This document shows, piece by piece, positions 37,014 to 51,200 of a stretch of 64,000 bases of DNA. A program made the position numbers and the translations under genes. The DNA is taken from the NCBI RefSeq assembly GCF_006345805.1, contig NC_042998.1, positions 44,268,001-44,332,000 of the forward strand, written 5' to 3'. Position 1 is the stretch's first letter, and every line of letters begins with the position of its first letter. The notes below the pieces were generated by a model, which saw only the letters and a list, made by a program, of their open reading frames with translations, did no database searches and had not been told where the DNA came from. The stretch comes from Octopus sinensis (Eukaryota).

Positions 37014-37300
37014 TGATAGATAGATAGAGAGACAAGCAGGCAGATAGACAGACGGAGAGACTGATAGGTACATACATACAGAGACAGACACACAGGCAGG
37101 CAGAATGGCAAGCAGGCAGGCCGGCAGAGAGGCAGGCAGACAGGTAGGCAGACAGGCAGGCAGACAGGTAGGCAGACAGGCAGGCAGACAGGCAGGCAGA
37201 CAGACAGGTAGGCAGAGAAACAGACAGGCAGACAGATAGGTATACATACAGACAGATAGGCAGACAGTCACAGAGAGAGACAGACAAACAGAGAGACAGG
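36970..37300. repeat. Compound (GATA)n/(GACA)n/(GGCA)n microsatellite
   Basis: Directly visible. It explains the ORFs at 36909-37440. Confidence 0.95.
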
Positions 37301-39771
37301 GGCAGAGATTGGCTTTGCTTTTCGAGAGCGAAGCTCACCGCTTGGTACCTGAAGAACACTGTGCAGTTTAGTAGAGTAATTAATATGTTTCTGAAATTGA
37401 TGACTCCAAAAAGGTGTGTACATGTTTCATTTCTTTGCAATATTTTTCAAGAAGTCTTCCAAAGAGCTAAGACCGTTGCAGTCAGCATTTTACTCATGTG
37501 CTTTTGTGTATATGTTTCCTATGTATGTGTAATTGTGTGCGCGCATGTGTGATTGTTTGGAATGTAATTATACTATGAAGAAGTTTAGATATTTCATGTG
37601 CACTTGCCAATAGTACAAACATTTAGCACTAAGCTGAATACGTGATAAATTAACAATGACGATACAGCTGTCAGACACGATTTTTAAATCTACATGTAAG
37701 CGCAATATGTAATAAAATATGAAATAATATAAAATATATATAATATAACAAGATGTCACAACATAACATAATATGTGGTGCATATATAAAAAGATGTGTG
37801 CTTGTATGTATGTATACTTATATATATATATGTATATGAGTAGACATGTAAGTGTGTGAGTCGTGTAACACCATCTATTTTCAAAAGTGTTAGAAATATT
37901 ATAGTTTTTTTCTCTCTCCGTCTCTCTGTTTTTCTTTCTCTTGATTAATTACTCTCTTTCTTTCTTTCTTTCTTTCTTTCTCTCCTCCTCTCTATTTCTT
38001 CCATCTGTGAGCAATGTGACAGATTCAAAATAACAGTGAAGGTGCTCATTTATTTCAAATTCCGCTGAAAATTTGCATGTATGGAGTTCGTTTGTAGAAT
38101 GCTGTCTGAGCCAGAGTCAACGCTTTCTAGGGCGGTTCTGTATTATTTTTGTGGTCCAAACGAAATCTTTAGCCTCCGATATTGCTGACACTTACAGGCT
38201 GATTTCCTTTGCAGAATAAGTTAGCCTGAAGATGTCATTTACTATCAATAGAATGAAATGCAGGGATACCAGTTCTCCCATTTTTGTGAGGACTTTTAAA
38301 CCAGATACACTTTTCCTATAGGTATTCGTAGTCCTAAAATAGAAATATTGTTATGCACTGGCTTACCAGTGAGGACGTAAACCAGAAAATCAGAAGTAGC
38401 AATGGCTGCTAAAAGAATTCACCCAGCCAGTTATCATTAAGTCGAGAGCTCAGAGAGCAGAAGCCTAGTGTAGTCGGCGGTGATGCCTCAGCTAAATACT
38501 TTTCTGGTATATTCAGGTTTGCTAATGGCATCGTTAAAACAGTTGACGTGTTGAAGATTTGAGTATTTCGAACATAGATTTGAGTATTTCGAACCGAATA
38601 TGAGCCAAGACACTTTTACAAAATATAAGGGACCGCACATGCCAGAGACATGTTTTCTGTTTTCTGTAGCTTACGGTAGACAGTTGTAAGTTTGCAATTC
38701 CTTATAAGATTCTATCTTGTTATATTCTGTTTGCGAAATATTATTTATCAATATTTATTTATCAATATTCGTTCACATTGCATATATGATATGAGTGCGT
38801 ACACACCTTTATGTGTGCCTTTCTACATTTGTGTATGTATGTATGTATGTATGTATGTATGTATGTATGTATGTATGTATGTATGTATGTATGTATGTAT
38901 GTATGTATGTATGTATGTATGTACGTACATACGTACATACGTACGTACGTATGTAAGTGTGTATTTATATTTGTAAACGTGTCTGTGTAGAATAATAAAA
39001 AAATACCACGAGTTTATTGTAAAAGTTTGATATGCAAATTCGGTAATGAATTAAGCAGTGCTTGTTAGCCAAAGTAGAATCAGCGTCCCCAGTTTTTAAA
39101 CTTTAATCCTTAATAATATTTGATTTCATAAAAGGAGTAAATGTAACACAAATGTGTAAAGAATCCAAATATGAGAGCTGAAAACTAGAGATGACGTTGC
39201 TTATCCCTATGTTGTAAGAAAAAAGGAACATCTACATTTAAGTCTTCATCATAGGATTGTTCTTTTATATTGAAGTAGTGTTGTCGTAAAACCGTATGCG
39301 GAAAACATTCCTTTATAGGGAATATTTTAAATGACTAAGATTATTGCTGCAGATCTTTGTCTATTCATTTATATCTCAGAGTTTTTGCATGCTTAATGCT
39401 CCAAAATTAGGGGCTTGAAATAATCTACTTTTCAGTTAAATGTGGCTAAGATGTGTGTATAGAAACACACCCAAGTATGTGTACCTGAGAGATCTATCGA
39501 GTTTAGCATCATGTTGTGTTTGTTTTCCTAATGTATATAGCACTTACTATGTGTGGTTTTCCACTGTGTAAACGACGGCATGCTGCTTAAAATACGATCT
39601 GATATTATTTACAAGTATTATTACGAGCTGCGTCTGGAAATTTCTTGATGGATTTCAAGATAACCAAAGCATATCGCGTCTATAGTCTCCATGGAGAAAG
39701 TTTTGTTTTTCAGAGAAATAGCTTATCCATCATAACTAACCTACCCAGACAAAGAAATTTCTAATTTCCAG

Positions 39772-39903
39772 TTTCCAGCAACTGCAACAACAACATCAAC
39801 TACAACGATGACAACGCCATGGTCGAACACGCATACACAGAGGAATACATGAACTGTACCATATTTCTTTTTGCCGATCTCAGGACTGAAGCAGCACAAT
39901 GGG
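39772..39903 (+). other. Candidate isolated coding exon (132 nt, phase 1-1), unverified
   Basis: Acceptor atttctaatttccAG, upstream AACTAAC, open frame SSNCNNNINYNDDNAMVEHAYTEEYMNCTIFLFADLRTEAAQW, donor G|GTGAGA. No recognised homology. Confidence 0.25.
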
Positions 39904-40286
39904 GTGAGAGTATGGGGCTGAGTGGAAGGCCCCACAGCTGCTACCAACTATGACACGCACACAAGTATACACACGCACATACATGCACGCACGTACTCAC
40001 GCACATAAACACACGCGCGTGCGCACAAGGCCACAACCGGAGTAAGTGGAGCATGGACACACACGAAAATCAAAAGTGTCGCTTAAGAGGTTACAGATGT
40101 GTGACGAAAGATTTCCAGACAATGGACATGAGTAAAATTAAACAAAAAAACAACAGTAATAATCGACTGAAGAAAAATATATAGTGCGTGTGTGTATGTG
40201 TCTATTTGGCCCAAAAATGACCGTCCCAAAATATAACAATAAATATGTGTGAAGGGAGTGTGTGTAATATATATATATGTATATGT

Positions 40287-40330
<44 letters not shown>

Positions 40331-40345
40331 ATATGTAATATGTAA

Positions 40346-40398
<53 letters not shown>

Positions 40399-40510
40399 AA
40401 TGTACATATATATGTAATATATATAATATTCATATATGTAATATATGAAAGATAGATAGATTGATAGATACATACATAGACATATTTATAGATAGACACA
40501 TAGATAGATA

Positions 40511-40562
40511 ACTTTATTTATTGGCCACACAAGGCTGAACACAGAGGGGAGAATACAAATGT
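40511..40562 (-). mobile_element. Very short 3' remnant of the Tx1-like family seen at 18989-20200
   Basis: tttatttattggccacacaaggctgaacacaga matches tttattagccacacagggctgcacacaga at 18995-19023, and again abuts tagatagata. Confidence 0.65.
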
Positions 40563-40585
40563 AAGATATATATATATATATATAT

Positions 40586-40724
<139 letters not shown>

Positions 40725-41191
40725 TATAAATTCAATTAAAATATGAAGGAGCCTCTTAAAACTTCTTTATTTTATAGATATGCTTCTATGGAATGTGACG
40801 AATTCTTAACTTTTGTAATTATTTTCTCATTAAAATTTAACATTTCTTATCGGTAGAGCAACACGAGAACTTTTATATTTTTAGATTTAAATATAGAGTC
40901 TTTTTACTCGAACGGTATTACTGGATAAATAATAAGCATCTCCTCAGCACACATGAAGAACACACTTTATAACGAGATAAATAAGTGAGCGTGACACTCC
41001 AGCGAAAATGGTAAATCAATAAATGAGTTGTACTGTTTCACTACGGAAAGTTATCAAATATTATGAACCACGACATATGTACGTGCATTCTATTAACCGC
41101 TATATTAGTTTTCCATGATTCGTATCCACACACAACACACGCAGAGAAAGACAAATGTGTATAAATACATACGTACATACATACATGAATA

Positions 41192-41258
<67 letters not shown>

Positions 41259-41635
41259 GTATACACTTAAGCAAATGTACATACATGTCTATATGTGACG
41301 TATATATCTAAAGTATATAATATGTATATATACATGTGTATGTATACAACGCTCACATACACACGCATGAATATGTATACAACGCTCACATACACACACA
41401 TGAATATGTATGGGTGCGTTAGTGCGTGTGTGTGTGCATCTAACAAACTCAAAGAAACGGTGCTATATGCATATTCGGTAAATTGCAATGCATATGCACA
41501 CATTTTGATATATATATATATACTTATACATATATATACACGCGTATAAGGTAATACAGATTGATACGACATATATACCTACATTCAGGCGCGCATATAT
41601 ATGTATAAATATATATATACATATATATATATATA

Positions 41636-41842
41636 GTTAATCCAAACAAGAAAGCACAAAAAAACACAAAAACACGAGGAAATGGAACAAATATAGTATT
41701 ATTGGACGCTCAGGAAAGAAGGAAAGAAGGAGGGTTTAACGTTTCGAGCGGAGCTCTTCGTCGGAAACATAGGAGAAGGAAAGATCCAGACAAGGGAAGA
41801 CAGAGGGAAAAAAATCGTCAACGGTACACACGAGGTCACACC
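41636..41842 (-). mobile_element. Penelope-type pseudo-LTR remnant, family A, with hammerhead motif at 41734-41768
   Basis: Minus strand gttt CCGACGA A GAG ctccg CTC GAAAC GT T aaac. Ends ggattaac|(TA)n. Confidence 0.7.
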
Positions 41843-42181
41843 GTATTTTAACATGTATAAGGAACCCTTTTTGTCAAAAAATAGGTTAAATAAAATATGG
41901 GAGTTTCTTATACATGGAAATTTTAAGCCCCCAAAATTAGTGTTTCCTTATACACGTTAAAATTCAGTATTCATATTTATATATATATATATATATATAA
42001 CAATCAAGGTGGCTAGCAGCAATTTAAAGCCAACATGGAAATAATTCACCAACACTAAGAGTGACAATGGTGCAGGGAGCACCAGCATTGCCAGATATAG
42101 AAGTCTTAGGCTCGTTAGCAACGAAACCACATGATCTTTCAGAGAGAGAGAGACAGACTGGTAGGTAGGTAGATAGATAGG

Positions 42182-42325
<144 letters not shown>

Positions 42326-42676
42326 CAGAAACGAATGTACAAGCGCATACAAGCACTGCATATATATATACATACGTAAACTCAATTTAAAGTATGCTTC
42401 CTAAATACATAGGCAATGATATATTTAGTGTATGCCTATATATTGACATATGCCTCAATTCATATGCGTGAATCCTGCATATGAATGTATAGTACATATT
42501 TGCCGACACTGGTAGAATGAAATTTAATGTCAGTCAGGTGTAAATTATGGTAACCGTACCATGATCAAACCCTATTGAGTTGTAATTCATTCAGTCTGCC
42601 TACCTTAGCCGATATGTTTGTGTAGAAGAGCGCGTGTATATATATATAGGTAGCCAGTGCATATATATATATATAT

Positions 42677-42727
<51 letters not shown>

Positions 42728-42739
42728 GTAGCCAGTGAC

Positions 42740-42945
42740 GATACGTTGACGGAGAAAATACGTCAGCGTACATTTGGAACCAGTCTGCCCTAGAGGACAG
42801 TAAGCATCACTGCAACGCCTGCAACTGGATCTTTAAATCCCAGATAGGTACGAATTCTCTCATGAGATGACGCGGCTAAACATCGAACGAAGAATATTTT
42901 ACTGATGATCTTTCAATCGTGGTAGCGACGAGAGAATCCACTAAT
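42740..42945 (+). mobile_element. Old RTE LINE 3' remnant
   Basis: HCNACNWIFKSQIG resembles the RTE C-terminal CxxC...SxIG motif. RTE-like end tcgtggtagcgacgag followed by a (CATA)n tail. Confidence 0.4.
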
Positions 42946-44034
42946 GCATACATACATACATGCAAAAATACATACATAGTCGTCTACGTGGCAACATTGA
43001 AAATGTATTTGTGTAAAGACATGTCTTTGAAGTGTTTTCGGACGTAATGAGACCTATCGTTGTAGAAATTATCCTTTGAGAATATTCTCCACTTAGACGT
43101 GCATAGATACACCTTATGTTTAGGATTGCAAGTGACGTCATTGGATCCAAGCCGCACTCGAATAGATACACAATGGAATCGAACCCAGAACCACACGATT
43201 GCTAATGGAACTACTTCCACACTTGACTATACTATACCGTACAAACTAAATTCAATTAACGCCAAGCAGAATGTTTTTATCCAATAAAAATCTAACACTC
43301 TATAATGACATCATCGGAATATAATTAACTGAGAAGCACGGAATAAAAATACAAGCTCTTATCTTACTTAAATATCAATTCATTGATTGCCGAGATATAA
43401 GAAAAAGAAACTATTCAAAGAAAGCTAGCAGTCTCTTTGACAGTGGCAAAATATTTAAAATGGTAGCCAACAGATTTAGTTGCTAACCGTAATACTGTGC
43501 TGCAGTTGTTATCATATGCTTCAGATGGTAAGAATAATAGTCTATGTTTCATTGAATATAACAGTCTATTGGCTTCGTTGCCAGCCGCTGCTGATTTATT
43601 TATTAGGACGTTAGGTTTAACTTAAATCAGATTTTGTTACGGTTGACTTATAATTTACAATAGTAAATAGGGAAAACGACAAAGATCGCATGATATACAT
43701 ATGCGCACCAATTATAAAGGAATAATAGAAAATAACATTGTAGAAAATAATGAATTGTGAGATATTAAAGTAATATTTCAAATATCTGGCTTTTGAAATT
43801 AATTCATGCAACGTAAAAAAAAATATCACTTACGGAACACAAAAGATTTACCCGCTGTCTTTGAATATTTTCTGATGGTTTTGGTAGTTTTTTTTTACAA
43901 ACATATCTCCAGAAGGGTTATACTGTTCGTTAAATCTTCAAATTAAATATCCAGTAGATTTCAAACTGGTGATAGTGCTTTGGTGAACCATATGCACAAT
44001 TACTTTCAGAGAATGAAAACATATTAATCTTTTT

Positions 44035-44370
44035 ATAGGTGCAGGCATGGTCTTGTGTTAAGGAGTTCGTTAAGCATCCATGTCGTTCAGACCCACTACG
44101 CAATAACTTGGGCAAGTGTCTTCTATTATATCCCTGGGATAATGAGACCTTTTCGAGTGAATTTAGTGAACAGAAACTGTGCGGATGCCGGCGTGCATAC
44201 GTATATACGAGTGGACATATTTTTGTATTTACTCCCGTGTCATAGCAGTTTCAATAAAACAAAAATACAGACTAAATACCAGACTTTAAAAAAAAATAAG
44301 TAGCAGAAACGAATTCATCGACCAAACCCTTCGAGTCATTGCCCAAGCATGGCCGCAGTAAAAGACTATA
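44035..44370 (+). mobile_element. Decayed SINE family II copy; further fragments at 44680-44875 and 45300-45410 (minus)
   Basis: cttgggcaagtgtcttctattat and ccaagcatggccgcag; the fragments share cagcatcggttgtcaag and ggctatagtagaagacacttgcccaag with the intact copies. Confidence 0.6.
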
Positions 44371-45053
44371 CGACAAAATAGTATTATTTAGTAAATCGTC
44401 TTGAACACGGAGGATAACGAAGTATTAATATTTAATTGTTTTAGCAATTACGGAAGGCAACTCCAGACATATTCTGGTATACTTACGATCTTGTATATTC
44501 AACTAGTCTGCGCTTACCATTTTGTGGGTAAATACATTCATTTCTATGTATTGCATATTAAATCACTTTCACCTTAATATCCCATACTAGCCAAAAGAAT
44601 AAAAATAATTTAAGAAATTGGTTAATACTGTGTCTTTTCCTCACCATGTGATTATTTTTAGTTATCATTCATTTATCTTTTAATTGTTTCAGTCACGTAA
44701 CTACGGGTATGCCAGATCGATCCCCTACTTATTTTGTTAATTACTTTTAACTCTGATACTTATTTAGTTAGTGTCTTTTCCCCAAGTACCGAGATATGGG
44801 TACGTAAACAAAACCAGCATCGGTTGTCAAGTGGTGAGATAGCAGGCACAGAGACACTGGCACACAAACATGCACACCACACACATATATGTATCTGTGT
44901 AATAAAGCTACCATTGGTTTCATGTTAAGAAATATCTATATTTATATGTAATCGGATTGCGAAATTGCTGAGATATTTCTTAACATGACACCAATCGCAG
45001 CCTTAATATACAAATAAAGAATCTTTATCCACCAATGCGGCTGATATTTACGT

Positions 45054-45097
<44 letters not shown>

Positions 45098-45120
45098 TTT
45101 ATTAAAAGCAGCAGAAATTT

Positions 45121-45173
45121 AATAAAAGCTGTTACTCGGAGTTTCCCGTTCCTGTTCATCGGACAGTTTTATT
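45121..45173 (-). ncRNA. Type I hammerhead-ribozyme-like motif, distinct family
   Basis: Minus strand aataaaa ctgt CCGATGA A CAG gaa CGG GAAAC T ccg A GT A acag c ttttatt: stem I CTGT/ACAG extended by AATAAAA/TTTTATT, stem III ACT/AGT and a GUA triplet. Confidence 0.55.
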
Positions 45174-46029
45174 AAAATAGAACCGAGATGACAATTCTAT
45201 CAAGACACACACACACACACACACACATACGCACACACGCACGCACACACATACACGCACACACACACATACGCACGCACACACATACACACACACACAC
45301 AAGGGGCTTCTTTCAGTTTTTGTTTATCAAATTTTCTCACAAAGAATTGGTCAATCCGAGGCTATAGTAGAAGACACTTGCCCAAGATCCCGTGCAGTGG
45401 GAATGAACCTGTCCAATGAAATTCAACTGGCCCTGATCTGATATCTTGCCCAAGCATATTGACCAAGCTCAAGCATATTGACACCTCTTATTTTTGCAAA
45501 GCTCCCTATGTCAACATATATTAAATCTAACAGCATTGTAGATAGTTTTAAATGCTTAATGTAATATATTACACAACAGCTGCTATTGAGATGGATTAAA
45601 ATGGCTTTCCTAATAGAGGAATATTTTTCCTATTATAAATCCATGTTAAATAAGTTAAACATTAATTTTCCTGGATTCAGTCGATATAAGATTAACATGA
45701 ATGCATTCTTGGGAATTATTTGTGTAAAGTAGAGATGATGTTACCATATCCAGATGTTATGAAATAATTAGATAATTTGAACTGTGTAAGTGAAAGTTAC
45801 TATATTTATTCTTTGTTATCGCGTCATTTTTCCTAGTCAAAAGCGAGCACGACAGGGTCCTTTCTTTTATATACGCGGCCATCGAGGTATATTTGGCTAC
45901 AAATTATACCATGTCCATCGACAACTTAAACGCACCCTTGATGGCTCGATTTAGTGAAGGTAGATAGATCATTGTGATATCAACTTAAAAATGTATATTC
46001 CTCTCTACTAAAGTCACAAGGCCTAAAAT

Positions 46030-46215
46030 TTGGAAGAAGGGGAGATAGTCGATTCCATCAAGCTTATAACTCAAATGGAACTTATTTTATATCCACCCCG
46101 AAAGGATCGAAGACAAGATAGACCGCAGCAACATTTGAACTCAGAACATAATGCCAGACAAAATACCTCTAAACATTTTACTCGGCGTACTAATAATTCT
46201 CCCAACTCGTTGTCT
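46030..46215 (-). mobile_element. Decayed SINE family I copy
   Basis: ccccgaaaggat...atttgaactcagaacat aligns by eye with 1100-1160. Confidence 0.55.
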
Positions 46216-46727
46216 TTTTTTAAACATATAATCTTATCTACAGTCAATAGTTCTTGAATAAAAGGTCTTGTACACCTGACGTCTCGTCCTGTTGTATATG
46301 AAAGCTTCTATTTTCCATATATATTTCTTTATTTAAGGCAGCCGGACAAGATTTGAGGCAGAATTGGTTCATATTTCGAACAGACCGAGAAGCAGATGGG
46401 AGATTCCTAGCTAGCTGTAATTTATGATAATTTATGTCACGTGAAGATTTATGATGTCATATGGCTATGGCTATAGGTGGTGTCTGACTGAATAAGAAGT
46501 GTTGTTGATTATATATAACGATACATCTTAACAAAACACATTTATCTAAACCTGATTTACGAACAGAAATAGAAACGAACTCCTTTTAAAGTATATAACA
46601 CCGAGATTTCTCTATTCTCCCTCCGTGTATGCTTGTACGTATGTATATGTGCATAAATACATACACAGGCCTATAAATATATCAATGTCAAACTCGCCTT
46701 ACTCTCACCTGCTTCCCTACACACACA

Positions 46728-46759
<32 letters not shown>

Positions 46760-46760
<1 letters not shown>

Positions 46761-46868
46761 TTTTATTTTTATTTTTATTTTTATTTTTATTTTTATTTTT
46801 ATTTTTATTTTTATTTTTATTTGAGAACATAATCCTTTATTTTTATTTTTATTTGAGAACATAATCCT
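46760..46868. repeat. (TTTTTA)n hexamer with a duplicated ~28-bp junction (tttatttgagaacataatcctt x2)
   Basis: Directly visible. Confidence 0.9.
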
Positions 46869-47100
46869 TGTGGAGAATGGCGATTTGACGTCTATATCTA
46901 GCATGTTGACTGTCCACCTTTTCGTGTTCAGTCCTTAATTGGTATATATATATATATATATATATACGTGTGTGTTTATACATAGACATATATATGTGTA
47001 TTTATATATGTGTGTGTATGTAAGTTTATGCGCGTGTGCGTATGCCATTGTGCATGCACATCGCGCCAGCTCAGATTATTATATATATATATCTATCTAC

Positions 47101-47195
<95 letters not shown>

Positions 47196-47203
47196 TCTGT
47201 CTG

Positions 47204-47279
<76 letters not shown>

Positions 47280-48484
47280 GATATAATAGTCTGAACCGGC
47301 GCAATGTGCTCGCACATTGGCACTATGCGCACGCACATACGCTTACATACACACACACACACTAACATACTCACACATATATACATACAAACATATTTAC
47401 AATCACACACACTAAAATCAAACATGCGTACATAGATATCCGTCTGGAAACTGTAATCTAAGCAGCTGAAATGAATTCCGGTTCCCTGTTGTCTTACAGA
47501 CATCAGTGTTTGCAGGCTATTTCGAATACAGTAACATGGCATGATAACATATATTGTAGATCACGAGATTTAATGGCAATGCTTATTTGCCTGTAATTTA
47601 AAATACAATTTAAAGTTCACCCTTCCACACGCAAAATATTTTTGTAAAAAAAGCAACATGTTGAGTAAACGTTCTGCTCACTTTTAACAGAATTTCAAAT
47701 TATACGTTTCTTAACAATGGATATTCTTTACTTTGCCTTTCGTTTTATCAACAAATGAACATATCAATAAATAAATAAATAAATAAATTTTTAAATAAAT
47801 GAATAAATAAATAAATAGATAACTAAATAAATAAACAACAGTCTGCGCTGTTCGGTATTGATTAATTACTTCTCATTGCCACAGTGTATTATCAATCTGT
47901 AACATTCTAAGACTAGGCAATGATTTTTAGTATTTTTCATTATCTGGTTGATTGAATCAACGTAGTATTATTGTTATTTAGCACCGCATCGAACTTACTA
48001 AGCAAATGTATAACGAAAAGGCGTTACAGCTATAGAACTAGCATCTGGTAGTATATCAGAGAGTGCATTTACACTATAAAGCATATATTTTTCTTTGTGC
48101 AAGGAGAATAACATGATGTATTTCTATCTGCTCAAATTTTCTATTTGAATGAAATACGAAATATAGTTTAGGTCAGGTTTCTTACACACACTTATGTAGT
48201 GCAAATATTTATTAAATGATGAACGCACAGTGTTCAAATTCATTGGCCGTTAGAGCTCAGTATTTGTTTGTGCTTGACTTAAGTAGTGATTGCTATGAGT
48301 TCACTTGTAGAGTAGAAGAATGAGAAGACGTTGTTTTCTGGGAATAGCCAAATGAACAGTAAAATATGTGAGAATGATCACCTCTAGTTTTCTTCCTACG
48401 TGATGTATAACGACATCTCTTTATGCTTATTACGATTTTTACGGCGAAGTCCTCAAAAATGTATGTTGTGCATGTGTGAAGCGA

Positions 48485-48524
<40 letters not shown>

Positions 48525-48535
48525 TAATATATATA

Positions 48536-48716
48536 GTTAATCCAAACATGGACAAAGAGAAAATACAACAACATATAGTGTTATTGGACACTCAGGAAAG
48601 AAAGAAGGAGGATTTAACGTTTCGAGCGGATCTCTTCGTCAGAAACACAGAAAAAGGAAAGATTCAAGGAAGGGAAGACGAAGAAAGAAAATCGCCAACG
48701 ATACACACGCGGTCAC
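48536..48716 (-). mobile_element. Penelope-type pseudo-LTR, family A, downstream of the PLE body, with hammerhead motif at 48612-48646
   Basis: Minus strand gttt CTGACGA A GAG atccg CTC GAAAC GT T aaat. Same strand as the PLE ORF remnant and separated from it only by a microsatellite and a short UTR. Confidence 0.72.
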
Positions 48717-48788
48717 ATATATAATATTACATGTATATATATATATATAATATATATATATATATTATATATAATATATATATATATA

Positions 48789-48819
<31 letters not shown>

Positions 48820-48858
48820 TGTATATAGATATATATATGTATGTATGTTTTATGCATG

Positions 48859-48890
<32 letters not shown>

Positions 48891-48912
48891 TGTATATATA
48901 TATATATATATA

Positions 48913-49012
<100 letters not shown>

Positions 49013-49049
49013 GTGTATGTATATATACATATATATGTGTGTGTGTATT

Positions 49050-50640
49050 TAAAAGTCTTTGTGAAAATTATTTGATACAGCTTTACTATGTATAAAAAAG
49101 ATTTTTGTTTCCATTTTGAAAAGATTGTAAATTCTTTATCAGAACGTCACCAAACGTTTTGGAAGTTTCTTTCTAGAACGTGTGAGCGCTTTCGGTTATT
49201 TCTTGTAACATATGTGGTCCTGGATAATGCATTAAAGAGGGAATTTTACCATTGTTTATTATATAAAGTGTTGACTATTTTCGGTTTAGTTTTGGATTTA
49301 GAATTCTTATAAAGTATTCTTCTTTTCCCTTTTGTAGTGGACAATTTTCACCGTTTATTTTGTAAAATGGGAATAGTTTAGATTTTCCATTTGCACAGAT
49401 GTCTAGAGATTCACTGCATGGAACATTTCTAAGAGATGAATCCTTAATTTGTTGTTTATGCACATTCAACCGACTGGTCAGTTTCCTTCCTGCCTCCCCA
49501 ATGTACTTTTCATTACAATATGGACATGTGATTTAGTAGATGAAGTTTCTAATTTGCAGCACATGTTTGCATTCATTTTTAATTCCTTCCATTCCTGAAT
49601 CTTTTGGTTTTCCCTTGCTCAGTTAATTTACATGTGCCACTACGAAGGTTTCCACAGTTGGTTACTTGCATCGTTTCTTTTTCAAATGTGAATCTTGCTT
49701 TTCTTAGAAGTTTTGGTGGTTTGTCTTCGACTGTTGATATTTTAAAATTATTCGTTGGAGATTTGGTAATTGATGTAGAATTGGGAGGTATCGTTTGGCT
49801 GAGTGCAGGATGTTGTGGTTTCTAGGATTGTGAATAACTGCTAATGGAATATTTGTATTTGTATTTCTGTTTTCAAACCTAGCCTGAATGTTTCTCTGTA
49901 AGAAATCGGGATTCTTTGCTTCTTTTATGGTATGTTGAATTAACTTATTTGGTATTTTTGTTTCTGAAGGATTATATTTAGTTCTGCCAGTCGTTTCTTT
50001 CATCTAAGTGCATCTATGACTATTGAGAATATGCGCCTTGCTATATTGAATGGTATGTTCCCTTTTGAATGGGAAGGGTGGCAAGATCTGAAATCTAAAT
50101 ATTGGTATGTTTCTCTGTTCTTGTAGTAGAAGATATACAGAAATGGGACACCTCTTCATTTACTTCCATAGTGAATTGGATTGAGACATAAATGCTATTT
50201 ATTAATTTAAGAAATTCTGTAAGGTCCTCCATACAGTGGTTCCAAAATATGAAGCAGGCATCAAAGACTCTTTTCCAGTTTCTTATAACATAGGTTTTGA
50301 AGTGATGGTCAAGAGTAGTTCTGGACAGCGTGTAGATTTTTTCTTCTAAGTACCCCATTACTATTGAGGCAAACGTTGGTGCGACTTTCGTCCCCATTAC
50401 AACGCCTTATATTTGTAGATAACATTTATCATCAAAGAAGTAGGTGTTTTCCAGTACTATCTGTAAACGTTCAAATATTAATTCTTTTGAAAATCTCGCC
50501 TGAAGATGTTTTGGGTGATTGTTTATCCAGAATTCTAATGCTTCTAGTCCGTATAGATGGAGGATATTTGTGTAGAGACTAGTTACATAAAAACTAACTA
50601 GTATTATCTCTTTATCTACCCCGTTCTGGGATATGGTTTA
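49050..50640 (-). mobile_element. Decayed Penelope-like element (RT + GIY-YIG endonuclease)
   Basis: Fragmentary frames give ...VTSLYTNI..., MGTKVAPTFASIVMGYLEE...WKRVFDACFIFW (YIDD motif decayed), IPLAVIHNPRNHN, and ITCPYCNEKYIGEAGRKLTSRLNVHKQQI...KEEYFIRILNPKLN. Many stops and frameshifts. Confidence 0.85.
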
Positions 50641-51008
50641 AGAAGATATATTTATGTTTATATTTATGTTTATACATACATATGTGTGTATGTTTATGCG
50701 TATGTGTGTTCAACCAGTATTGTTAAACTATATAGGCTTGACGAAATCTCGATCTGGCATTCGGTGGTAGGGTGCCTGCTGCAGAGGAAGCGCAAATATC
50801 TCTAAAAATACGTGATTCAATATATCCCATCCGCCGGTGCTGAGGGAATTTCGTCTGCCGATATAACCTATGCTATTTTAGTATTCAACAACTATACGAG
50901 AATATCGCTTAGAACAATTATTGCAGCCTACTTTGTATAAAGCAGCGTGTCCAGATGAAGCTTGATGTGCAAATTGATATTCTTTACATTGCTTGAGATA
51001 TACATACA

Positions 51009-51039
<31 letters not shown>

Positions 51040-51082
51040 GTATGTATGTATGTATATATATATATATATATATGTACATATG

Positions 51083-51200
51083 GAGTTGTTGGTGTTAGGA
51101 AGTGCATCCAGCTGTAGAAACGCTGCCAGATTAGATTGGAGCCTGGCGAAGCCATCTGGTTCGCCAGTCCTCAATCAAATTGTCCAACCCATGCTAGCAC
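51083..51200 (+). mobile_element. SINE-like fragment
   Basis: ggtgttaggaagtgcatccagctgtagaaacgctgccaga...gtccaacccatgctagca resembles a conserved SINE central domain and tail. Single copy in this window. Confidence 0.45.
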
